Part shown: piece by piece, positions 51,411-62,556 of the stretch | Layout of the letters: every line of letters starts with the position of its first letter | How positions within the stretch are numbered: the first letter of the stretch is position 1 | NCBI GenBank assembly: GCA_976551045.1 | Contig: CDPCPM010000010.1 | Location: 7,068,001-7,132,000, forward strand | Length of the DNA: 64,000 nucleotides | Direction of reading: 5' to 3' | Source: Glaucostegus cemiculus | Lineage: Eukaryota | Made by a program: the position numbers and the translations under genes | The notes under the pieces: generated by a model | Database searches by the model: none | What the model saw: the letters and a program-made list of their open reading frames with translations, nothing else | What the model was told of the DNA's origin: nothing

Positions 51411-52396
51411 CTACTTCTTCATATTAAGAGATATTTTCTAACTTTGCTTCTGAGGGTCCTGAATTATGGCTTCAAGATTATTTCCCTGTCCTAGATACGT
51501 CCACCAGTGAAAAAGGTAAAATAAATATTTCAAACATGAAAATAAAACAGGGACCCATTTAAAGGAAGACCCATGTCTTGGACACCCTGGCAGTGCTCAG
51601 AGAGGATTGATAGCCACTCCCTTCGGTTAAGACCTGCACCAACGTTTCAGCCCCGGGTAATTCGGGAACTATGCAGTTAAAAATAGCAATCATCTGTTTT
51701 TGGTCATTTTCTTCACTGCACAAATCTCCAGGGACCTCTAAGGTCCCTGATTAAATTTGTGAACGTTCTTTAAGCATGCAAAAATTGCCTAATCGGGTCC
51801 TGAAATCAGGCTTTTAATAAAATTCACCCATGCTGTGTGCAAATTGTTGCAATGCACAAGAAAGCTTCCTGGCCATGATGTTTGCAGTTTTGCAGTAGGA
51901 CTCTCACTTTATCTGTCCACTATCAAGTTGGAACGATTTCCTCTCATTAGGCTCTAATCTTTTATGGTTTTATATCTGATTCACATTGTTCATAGTTATT
52001 GAAATTCATAAAGAGAGTTCGTACTTCAATCAATAAATCTTTGAAACTGGGCGGGATGAAACTTCAACATCTTTGGCTCGTCCCTGAACTTTATCCAACA
52101 GTTCCTTTTAATTGAGAGAGCAATGATAAACACAAGCTAAAATTCTGCAATCACAAGAATTGCCTGGTAGGATACAAGATCGATTTGTCACCAGAATTAA
52201 CGTGCCAAATAGGAACAAATAGTAATTTCAGAATGCTATTGTGAAAAATTAAAACCCTTCATTTTTATTTTATAATACTTCAAACTCACAAATATGTACT
52301 TATAGCTGTTCTGCAATGCAAATAAGTTTAAGAATTATGTGTTGAATACAGAACTTACATTGAATGCCACAGATTGTAAGAGAAGTTATTAGGAAG

Positions 52397-53099
52397 ACAT
52401 TACGGCCCTCACAAAGAAAGCCCAGAAACGCCTCTACTTCTTGCGGAGACTGAGGAAAGCGAACTCTCATCCCTCAGTTATGAAAACTTCCTATAGAGGG
52501 ACCATTGAGAGCATCTTAACCCAATGTCTCACTGTCTGGTTTGGAAGCTGCTCAGCTGCTGGACGGAAGTCCCTCCAGAGGATAGTTAGGGCTGCGGAGA
52601 GGATCATAGGTGTCTCTCTTCCATCCATCGTTGACATATACAAGGACCGTTGTTTTAGGAGGACCAAAAATATAATGGCGGATCCTTCTCACCCCTCCCA
52701 TCATCTCTTTACAATTTTGCCATCTGGAAGGAGGCTCAAATGTATCAGGGCGAGAACGACCAGGCTGAGCAATAGCTTCTTTCCACAAGCTATCAGAACT
52801 GTGAACTCTCTCATTCCTCCATCTTCCTTGTTAACACTAAGGGATGCTAGGTGCACAGAAATGCACCAGCACTTTAAATGCCCGACACCAGCCCGTTCAC
52901 TTTAAAACTATTTATTTAACCTGCCGTATTTAACTTAAACTTCCGTAGTTTTAATGGTTTTTTTGTTAAGTGTGTCTGTGTGTCTCTGCTGTTTGTTATT
53001 TAATGGGACGAGCACCTGAGGAGGACGGTATCTTGCTCCTATGCATACTATGTCTGTATGTGGTTCTGATAATAAAACTGATTCTGATTCTGATTCTGA
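52397..53099 (+). mobile_element. 5'-truncated Rex1/Babar-like LINE (same family as 25098-26314)
   Basis: ORF 52441-52905 is nearly the same peptide as the C-terminal half of 25176-26030; (ATTCTG)n tail. Confidence 0.9.
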
Positions 53100-54017
53100 C
53101 AAACATTTAAATAGAGCATAAGCCACAGAACCAGCCAGCAGGAAGTTCAAATTAATTTTAGCAATATGCATCCTTTATAACTGTTGATTTATTTTACTCT
53201 TTGAATGTTTTGCGAGCCTGCTTCTGAATGCAGGTTGAGGAGAGCTAGAACCAGGGTAATGTTAGATCCGGAGTGGTGGGGTTTGGGAGAGATGAGGGAA
53301 ATTAGTCAAACTCAATCTTTCCAGTAACTTGAGATATAAAAAAAGTGACCTGGAAAGTTGATCATGAGGTCATAGAAGAACAAGCTTTAGGAATACCAAG
53401 TGTGTGTCATGAAAGCGAGGAGAGGAAGCATTTCTGTTCTGTCCGGGTTTTTTTTGTAAGTATCTGTCTTTCGTTCCTGCAGGCCAAATCTGGTTGTTGC
53501 TTCATTTAATTACATTTAACTCAACAAGTCCAAAACAAATGAACAGACTGTCAGAATTTAAAAAAAAAAGCCTTTCTCAGGGGAAACCAGATGTCACAAG
53601 TACTACAAAAACAGATGTAGTATGGAAAATCAAGAGCACTAACAAAAATGAGCTGTCCAATTGTAAAAGGCAGTTTAGTTTTTAAAATGGAAGCCACAGC
53701 TGTAAACATCACAATTTCATTGCATTTTTCTCTAATGTTTCCTTCTTATTATAAGTATATAATAGAATGATTCCAAGCAAGTTTTATTTAAAAAAGACTC
53801 AACACACTTCTCATCTGCTGACATTTCCTCATTGGATATTTGTAATTATGATCAAGACACACGACACTAGTTTACAATTTTTTTTAACTACCTCTGAAGC
53901 AAATCTTAGTGTCGACTATAACCTTTGCCATATCTTGCTATTTTGGTGGGGCTATAATCTTTACCTTATCTTTCTATAGTGCTTTTTTATTGTTGGTTCT
54001 CTTCTTCACTTCTGGTT

Positions 54018-54843
54018 AGAAACATAGAAAAACTACAGCACAATTCAGGCCCTTCAGCCCACAAAGCTGTGCTGAACATGTCCCTACCCTAGAAAATACT
54101 AGGCTTACCCATAGCCCTCTATTTTACTTAGCTCCATGTACCTATCTAACAGTCTCTTGAAAAACCCTATCGAATCAGAATCAGAATAAGTTTTATTCTC
54201 ACTTCCATATACACATTCAGCATGCATAGGAGCGAAATACGGTACTCCACAGATCAAGGTGCTCGTCACATTAAAAAACAATGATAGACACAAAGGCAGA
54301 AAGACATTAACAACATTGGAACCACAAAATTAAATAGTGACTCGAATAAACAATATTAAAGTGAGCGTACTGAGGCAGCAGACAATGGACATTTAAAGTG
54401 CTGGTGCATTTTTGTACGCCTAGCATCCTTTGGTGTTGGTGGGAGGGATGGAGGGATGAGGGAGTTCATGGTTCTGATAGCTTGTGGGAAGAAGCTATTG
54501 CACAGTCTGGTAGTCCTTACCCGGATGCACTGGAGCCTTCTTCCGGATGATCTGCCTCCACCACTGCTTCTGGCAGCCCATTCCACGCACTCACCACTCT
54601 CTGAGTAAAAAACTTACCCCTGACATCTCCTCTATATCTACTCCCCAGCACCTTAAACCAATGTCCTCTTGTGGCCACCATTTCAGCCCTGGGGAAAAGC
54701 CTCTGATTATCTACCCGATCAACACCTCTCATCACCTTATATACCTCTATCAGGTCCCCCCTCATCCTCCTCCTCTCCAAGGAGAAAAGGCCAAGTTCCC
54801 TCAACCTGCTCTCATAAGGCATGCTCCGCATTCCAGGCAACAT
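54018..54843 (-). mobile_element. CR1 (subfamily A) interrupted by a Rex-like insertion
   Basis: ORF 54517-54843 is a CR1 ORF2 C-terminus; 54018-54176 plus 54550-54843 are colinear with 9900-10345. Confidence 0.9.
54172..54549 (-). mobile_element. Rex1/Babar-like 3' fragment
   Basis: Minus strand SGRRLQCIRVRTTRLCNSFFPQAIRTMNSLIPP; tail appears as (CAGAAT)n on the plus strand. Confidence 0.88.
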
Positions 54844-55915
54844 CCTTCTGTCACATTTTTCTCCTTTGATTTTTTTTCTCTCATATGTTGATTCACTCCA
54901 TCTCTGTGCTTCGTGTGGTCAGCATACAGTTAACATTATTTTTAATGGACATCCTATTTAAGGTCATCAAGAATGAACGTGAACCGTTTGCATGCGACAC
55001 ATTGATGCCGAATGGGGTTATGCAGGAAAGGAATATAGAAAGGGAGATACAATCAAATTGAATCAGGAATAGACAGAAGTCTTTCCACCAATAATAGCCA
55101 ATGTAGTATTAGACCTAAAAATGAGAAAGGCAAGTCTGTCTCCTAATCGCTGGTTATACAAGACTTCAGCTTACGATGTCCATGCCAATCGAGTACTCAT
55201 CAGTTCTAATCCCATTTTCCAACACTTGGCCAGCTGCCTTCCAAGTTCAAGTTGATTCAAGCACTTGTCTTAAATGTTGTGACAGACCGTCTCCACCACC
55301 TCTTCGAGATTTCAAACTTTCTCTGGGTAGGAAAGAAATAATTCCCACAGATCCCCTCATTTAAACCTATACCCCCTGCCTTTAAAAGGTTCTTCACCAT
55401 CTTCGCTGATGGAGTCAAATTTAAACCATCAAATTACATTTTTAAAGCAGAAAAATATTTCAAGATCTTTCTCAAAGGTGAAAGAAAAAATGTGAAGCTG
55501 AGCTGAAAACAAAACTTTGCAAGGGATGACGAAGGTTTGGCCCTGCAGCTAGATTTTAAAAATTGGCACAAGGCCCCTGGGAAGAAGAGGTCTTGATTGC
55601 TTGTTGTTCCAGGTATTCAATGATACAAGAATGAGGTTGATCTCAGCACACCTAACCACCCTGAATATGCAGCTGGCAAAAGAAATTGAAAATAGTGGAA
55701 CTCAAGTCAAAAGAAATGATAGTTAAACCAAAGTCCAGTTAAATTTGTCTAAACTTTAAGCAATGAATCAAGTAAAGGTCAATGGGACAGAAAAGCAACC
55801 TTCAAATACTGAAAGCAGTCCGGGGGGAGCTGCAGAAATGATCCCCTGTATCTGATGATGCAGGTGCAAGGAAAGTTTGGACCATTAAAAAAAAGAAATT
55901 ACTTTATCTTCAGCA

Positions 55916-56269
55916 CCTGATAGACGTATATAAGATGATGAGAGGTATTGATCGAGTAGATAGTCAGAGGCTTTTCCCCAGGGCTAAAATGGTGGCTACC
56001 AAAGGACATAGGTTTAAGGTGCTGGGGAGTAGATATAGAGATGTCAGGGGTAAGATTTTTACTCAGAGAGTGGTGAGTGCGTGGAATAGGCTGCCGGAAA
56101 GGTTTGTAGAGGCGGATTTGATAGGGTCTTTCAAGAGACTGTTGGATAGGTACATGGAGCAAAATAAGATAGAGGGCTATGGGCAAGCCTAGTACTTTCT
56201 AGTGTAGGGACATGTTCAGCACAGCTTTGTGGGCCGAAGGGCCTGAATTGTGCTGTAGATGTTCTATGT
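55916..56269 (+). mobile_element. 5'-truncated CR1 (subfamily A)
   Basis: ORF 55935-56192 MMRGIDRVDSQRLFPRA...FTQRVVSAWN.LP. Confidence 0.9.
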
Positions 56270-56455
56270 AACATGTCAGAAACTAAATGGTGAACTAAAA
56301 GGTAAACATAAAGCTACACCACAATTGTAGATACATAGAATCCAACACAAAAATCTTCTGTATAGAAAATAGGGGGCAAAACCATGGAATAATTTAACAA
56401 ATCACTGGATGCAGTGATGAAAGAAACTGCAAAGCTTTACTAAATTGGTGAGCTT

Positions 56456-56540
56456 TAAGAGTTAGATTGTGAGACGTTTGAAGGACGGCACGACAAGGTG
56501 GGCCGAAGGGCCTGTTTTGTGCTGTATTGTTCTATGGTTC
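56456..56540 (+). mobile_element. Short CR1 3' tail (subfamily B)
   Basis: Matches 62471-62556. Confidence 0.8.
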
Positions 56541-57636
56541 TGTGGTTTTTACTGACCCCAGTATCGGCAGCAACATTGGAATCTAACGCTAGTGGGTTGT
56601 GGTTAGATTGCCACTGGTGTGGGGAGAAAGATGGAACAAGAAGAAAGATCATGACGTTAAAGTGCAAAATTGACAGGGAGACAAAGTAAACAAGAAAGTA
56701 AAAACATGCAACTGAGTAAGAACGAAAGCAAAGTATTTTTTATTAACATTGAAGACAGATTAAATACATTGTGAAAGTAAAATGCGATTTTACTACTTTT
56801 CAATATTCATTTTTTTGATTTATACATATTTGCAGAGATATAATCTAATTACCCGTTACAAACTTCAGTTTGAACTTTATCAAAATGTGTCAACATTCTT
56901 CTAAAAGGCACTTGAACTGTTTTAAATCTGGGCAGCCCAAGAACTGACGAGAGCACTGCCTGTCTTCTTCTCAACACAGCACTCCTTTTTTGTGAAGAAA
57001 TAAAAGGGTGTTACATGGTAAGGTTTTAAAGTAGCATAGTTTTTATTTCCAGTACTTTACTGTTAACTTTTATGTTGAGTGACATTTTTTCCTCTCTCCA
57101 AAGGACCTAAAATTCTCCTGTGATGCCCTCCCGGGGAAAGATGGTGACTTTCAATTCAGATCCTTAACAACTTTGTTTAGCCACATGCTTCAGATCTTTG
57201 ACTTTGTCTCCAAAAGCAAAAATAAAAGCTTAGACCTCCATTCATCTAAGTTATAGCTTTCATATGAAAAGTTGTTCAACTCAATAGCTCAACTCAAGTG
57301 AAAATAAAAGCACTAACATACATTTTTGAAACCCAAGAGAAACTTTACTTTCATTAACCATCTAGTGGAAGTCAGACTGCCTGATGTGGATTTTATTATT
57401 TATGTTCTTAAACATCTACATTTGTAGCCAAATTTTAAATGTCTATAAAACCATCAATTCTGTTGAATTCATCATTTTAATTAACATACTGATGCAATCA
57501 ATTTCATTAAAATAATGGTAGAACTGTGATCTTTTTCAAGGCTGCTGGGAAGAGGTATTTCAGAGAAATAAATTATTCCAGACTCTCAGCAATGAGTTCA
57601 GAAGAAATCTCCATTCATGCCTTAAGTCAAAATACA

Positions 57637-58045
57637 CGTCATGATTCTGAGTACTGGCCCTTGATTTGGTTCCTTAGATGCCTCGTTGTACAGCACATGG
57701 ATTCCATGCTGGACTGATTGCACAATGACACACACCTGAGACCCATCAGGGGCCTAGCATAAGTACCTGGGTTTCTCTAGCACTAGTGGCCAGAGGATTG
57801 GGCAACCTTGAAGATTCAGTTTGGCTCCTAGCTGCTTAGAGTGGTCTACTCCAGAGCAGTCCTGTGTTCTCTAGTCCTGCTTGAAGATTCGGTTTGTGTT
57901 GGGATTACTACTCCGATCTCTGAGGTGAGATTTCCTTCCAGCGTTGCCTGTATCCGGTCCTGAGGAAGTATCCTGACTCCAGTTTTGTGCCGGTGTGCTG
58001 CATTTGGATTCTCTGTGATCTTGCTCTTCAATCAACATTGTGACA
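57637..58045 (+). mobile_element. Solo LTR, copy 5
   Basis: (C)GTCATGATTCTGAG...TTGTGACA; near-TSD ATACA (57632-57636) / ACACA (58046-58050). Confidence 0.88.
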
Positions 58046-58181
58046 ACACAGGCTTCTAGTCAACTGACCTCCAGGATAATTCAGTGATAGGGAAACAGAA
58101 TTTTTCATGAGGGTTAAGAAATCTTTCTTTATTCCAATTGAAAGAAAACATCAAAAATTGGATGTTATCTCTATTTAATCA

Positions 58182-58410
58182 GGGTGGCACGATAGTGTAG
58201 TGGTTAGTGTGATGCTGTTACAGTGTCAGTGATCGGGGTTCAGTTCCCATCACTGACTGTAAGGACTTTGTATGTTCTCCCGTGTCTGTGTGGGTTTCCT
58301 CCTTCATTCTGAAAGACGTACTGGTAGGTTAATTTGGTGGTTTAAACGGGTGGTGTGGACTCATGCCGAAAGGGCCTGTTACCATGCTGTAAATAAATTT
58401 TTTAAAATTT
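58182..58410 (+). mobile_element. V-domain SINE (HE1-like), more decayed copy
   Basis: Same family as 15590, with CpG decay and deletions. Confidence 0.88.
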
Positions 58411-58934
58411 AATTGTCATTAGCTTTAGCAGAAACACCAAATTGATATTTAAAATTGCTGGCACTAACTCTCTCTCCTTCCCCCCACCCACCCTCAAATG
58501 TTACTGAGGAAATTCTTGGTATAAAAATTCTCATCCAGGAGGTGGAAATCTCAGCTAGGTTTCATGCTAGGTTGGAATTTTGCTATTAAAAGTTGTAAGG
58601 AATGTTGCTCAATCACGTTAACTTTACCACTTGGTGATGAGAGGAAATTCAAGCAATTGGATCTGAAGTCAAAGTTTTTATTCTGATGTATGTAATTGTT
58701 GTCTCTCAAGCCAATAAACTGCACAGGGAACCTATACTGAGATAGAACTTAGTCTGTGGTCTACAGAGTAAGAATTGAGTCTATTTAAGCCAGTGTCATA
58801 CAGCATAGAATCAGGCCCACCATGTCTATGCTGCTCTTGCATCCATCTACACCAATTTCATTTACTTGCTTCGTTCCCTGCTTCACCTTGTTCTGTCCAC
58901 TCCCAATTCCACACCCGCCTCATTCCTCCACATT

Positions 58935-59472
58935 CTTCTAACAATCTCTTGAACCTGTCCAACGTATCTGCCTCCACCACCACCTCAGGCAGCGCATTCC
59001 ATGCGCCAACCACTCTCTGGGTGAAAAACTTCCCTCTGACATCTCCCCTGAACTTTCCACCCAATATCTTAAAGCCATGCTCTCTCGTCTTGAGCGACTG
59101 TGCTCTGGGAAAGAGGCGCTGGCTGTCAACTCTATCTATTCCTCTCAATATCTTATACACCTCTATCAAGTCTCCTCTCATCCTCCTCCTCTCCAACGAG
59201 TAAAGCCCTAGCACCTTAAGCCTCTCCTCATATTCCATACCCTCTAATCCAGGCATCATCCTGGTAAATTCCCTCTGTACCCTCTCCAACGCCTCCACAT
59301 CCTTCCTATAATGCGGCGACCAGAACTGAACACAATACTCTGTGCGGTCTAACTAGAGTTTTGTAAAGCAGCATCATCACCTCTCTGCTCTTGAACTCAA
59401 TCCCACAATTTATAAAAGCTAACATTCCATAAGCCTTCTTAACTGCCCTATCCACCTGCGAGGCAACTTTGA
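58935..59472 (-). mobile_element. CR1 (subfamily B) ORF2 C-terminal fragment
   Basis: ORFs 59306-59584 (LKVASQVDRAVKKAYGMLAFI...LVRPH) and 58858-59298 (LERVQR.FTRM.PGL...FFTQRVVGAWNALP). Confidence 0.92.
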
Positions 59473-59474
59473 GT

Positions 59475-60330
59475 GAACTGGGGATGTCTGCTGCTGATTG
59501 CACAATGTTCAACTCCTCAGCTAATGAAGCAGCCCATCTCTGTGGGCAGCAAGACTTGGGCAGCAAGACTTGGACAGCAATCATTTACTTGCTGAAAAAT
59601 GACAAGCCATCCTGCCAGAAAACTGCCAAACATCGAGCATCTTCATCAGAAGAGAATCTAATCACCCACTACTGACATTACCATTGCCAAGTCTACCACC
59701 ATCAATATCTACAGGGTAACCAATGACCAGAAACTCAAGTGGACCGGCCACATAAATACATTGGCTCTAGCAGGGAGGGATCCAGGGAGGGATCCCTAGA
59801 TCCCTCCCTGCTCTAGGGAGGGATCCCTGCTCTAGAGATCCCTCCCTAGAGCAGGGATCCTGTCATGAGTAACTCAGCTCCTGACACCCAAAAACATACC
59901 CACCATCTACAAAACACAAGTCAAACATGTGACAGAATCCCTTTCTGTCGCTTGAATGGATGCAACTCCAACAAGTTTAAGAATATCCAGAACAAAGCAA
60001 CCTGCTTTGGAACCCCATCCTACACCTTAAACAGTCTTTCCCTTCACCACTGACATACCACCTACAAACTGTGTTTTCTGATATTTGCCTAAGCTGCTCC
60101 TACAACACCTCCCAAGCCTGTGACCACCCTTACCAAGAAGGATGTGGGCAGCAGATGTAAGAGATCACCACAATCTGCAGTTGCACCTCCAAGTCATACA
60201 CCATCTTAATTTGAAAGAACATCACTCCTTCATCACTGTTTCTAGATTACGCAACCTCCTACTCAAACAGGATTGGAGAAATACCTTCTCCAAGAGGACA
60301 TTGGGGATACAAAGAAGGTGGCTCGTCCTG
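59475..60330 (+). mobile_element. Decayed LINE (clade of 16205-17085) with internal rearrangements
   Basis: GMSAADCTMFNS; GACCAGAAACTCAA.TGGACC.GCCACATAAATAC; ATCCAGAACAAAGCA.CCTGCTT. Confidence 0.7.
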
Positions 60331-60344
60331 ACCTTCTCAGTGAC

Positions 60345-60600
60345 AGTTAGAGTCATAGAGCACAGAAACAGCCCCTTCAGTCCATGCCGACCAAGATTCC
60401 CATCTAAGCTAGTCCCATTTCCCCATGTTTGTCCCATATCCCTCCAAACCTTTCCTAATCATGTACCTGTCCAAGTATCTTTTAAATGTTGCTCATGTAC
60501 CTACCTCAATCACTTCCTCTGGCAGCTCACCCCATATACTGACCACCTTATGATGGACAAAGTTGCCCCTCAAGTTCCTCAAGCTCCTCTCACCTTAAAT
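60345..60600 (-). mobile_element. CR1 3' fragment
   Basis: AGAGTCATAGAGCACAGAAACAG.CCCTTCAG...CACTTCCTCTGGCAGCTC. Confidence 0.75.
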
Positions 60601-60629
60601 GTCAATTATGAATTGCGTCAATTAATTGT

Positions 60630-60925
60630 GGCAGGCACGGTAGTGTAGCAGTTAGCGTAACGCTATTACAGCGCCAGCAACCTGGGTTCAATTCCAGCCA
60701 CCGTCTATAAGGAGTTTGTACGTTCTCCCCTTGTCTGTGTGGGTTTCCTCTGGGTACTCCGGGTTTCCTCCCACATTCCAAAGTCGTACGGGTTAGGAAG
60801 TTGTGGGCATGCTATGTTGGCGCCGGAAGCGCGGTGACACTTGCGGGCTGCCCCCAGAACACTCTACGCAAAAGATGCATTTCACTGTGTGTTTTGATGT
60901 ACACGTGACTAATAGAGATATCCTA
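60630..60925 (+). mobile_element. V-domain SINE with an alternative (non-CR1) 3' tail
   Basis: Same tRNA head and V core as the 15590 family; diverges after CGTACGGGT. Confidence 0.85.
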
Positions 60926-61447
60926 ACCTTAAAAATGACAAATAAATGCCAGCTTTGCTAATGATGTTTGCCTGCCAAGAAATGAATAATTGATTTAAAA
61001 AAGTCTGCCAGGGTGACACTGATCCCCCACCTGCATCAATTTTCCACCCCACTGCCTGTCTGACTCCTTAATGTCTGACTTTGTACATTGTTCCACTGTT
61101 CAACATAAGATCATTTTCCAAACTGGCACATTACAGCCTTTTTGTATTCAAAAATGAATTAACATTTTTAGATAAATGGTCAATCCAGTCTAGTAAATTG
61201 CATTTCCAGCACTATATATTTTCTCTCCCACCTTCTGATATTTCTGATTTCTGTCATCTCCTCCTGGTTACACCTCCCCCAGACATACTCTTTGTTATTC
61301 ACTAGTTTTTAACCACCTCCTTTCAGCCAACAACACCACAGCATTGTTCAATCTCTCCTGGTCTCCACCCCACCACAGACCTTTCCCTTTGTCCTCTCTG
61401 CCCCTTCCCTCTTGCTCTGGAACATTTTTTTATCACTGGCTTTCCCC

Positions 61448-61484
61448 AATTCTGATGAGAGGCCATGCATCTGAAACATTAACT
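61448..61484 (+). ncRNA. Minimal hammerhead-like motif with both core boxes
   Basis: AATT-CTGATGA-gaggccatgcatct-GAAA-CATT-AACT; helices partly mismatched. Confidence 0.5.
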
Positions 61485-61836
61485 CTCTTTCTCTTTCCAC
61501 AGTTGCTGCCTGACCTGCTGATTATTTCTGGCATCGTCTGTTTTTATTTCACTTTCCAGCAATATTTATGTCACATTCGTCCTGAAGAAACTGGAGTAAT
61601 TGAGTGTGCTGAAAGTGTAGAATTATTCCCTTGCACAAGAGGAAGGCAATAAATCGGTTCTTATGTTTTCTTTTTGATAAAATACTTCTCGTGGAACCCA
61701 ATTTTGAAAATAGGAAAATTCAAGGTGCTGGCAGTTTTTCTTGCACTGACAGATCTGTTTTGCTATAAAACTACTTGAGTCCAATGTCAGGATGTTAGGA
61801 TGTTCTCGCATGCAGAATAAAACAAATTAGAATATC

Positions 61837-62130
61837 ACTTCTTCCAATCTAGTGTACTGCATTTGGTGCTCACATTGTGACATCCCCTACACTGCAGAAA
61901 CCAAACGCAGACTGAGTGACCACTTTCCAGAACACCTCCATGAAGTTGGCAGGGATGATCCTGAGATGCATCTGGTCTGTCACTTTAAGCATTCATCGCA
62001 CCCTCACCCTGGCCTCTCAATCTTTGACCTCACACACCGTTCCAGTCATGTCCAATGTAAGCTTGTGGAACAGTGCCTTGTTCTTCTCTCCAGGCATGTT
62101 GAAACACTCAGTACTAATTCATTAATTTCA
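61837..62130 (+). pseudogene. GIY-YIG endonuclease fragment of a Penelope-like retroelement
   Basis: SNLVYCIWCSHCDIPYTAETKRRLSDHFPEH...VCHF...H...KLVEQ matches the PLE pattern VY.I.C..C...YIGET.R.L..RF.EH...VA.HF. Confidence 0.8.
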
Positions 62131-62222
62131 GATAAACGGCCTTTCCAGTTTGCATCAGAATTTTGCTTGTAATGTTCACTCAGTTTGCCTTTCTCCACAA
62201 GAACACAAGAAGACAATATCTT

Positions 62223-62556
62223 GTATAAGATATTGAGAGGAATAGATAGAGTTGACAGCCAGCGCCTCTTTCCCAGAGCACAGATGCACAAGACGAGAGG
62301 GCATGGCTTTAAGATATTGGGTGGAAAGTTTAGGGGAGATGTCAGAGGGAAGTTTTTCAGCCCATGGAATGCACTGCCTAGGGTGGTAGTAGAGGCAGAT
62401 ATGTTGGACAGGTTCAAGAGATTGTTAGATAGGCACATGGAAAATGTGGAATAGTAGGATATGTAGGAGGTAAGAGTTAGATTGTGAGATGTTTGAAGGA
62501 TGGCACAACTTGGTGGGCCGAAGGGCCTGTTTTGTGCTGTATTGTTCTATGGTTCT
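62223..62556 (+). mobile_element. 5'-truncated CR1 (subfamily B)
   Basis: ORF 62185-62454; flanked by a 15-bp direct repeat ACAAGAACACAAGAA (62197-62211 and 62560-62574). Confidence 0.9.

Noticed and set aside
59861-59870. TGTCATGA matching the LTR terminus next to the mosaic
   Set aside because: Only 8 bp match; the following sequence is LINE-derived and the same word occurs elsewhere in the window.
60142-60648. 168-aa ORF
   Set aside because: Crosses three unrelated repeat fragments; a chance read-through.
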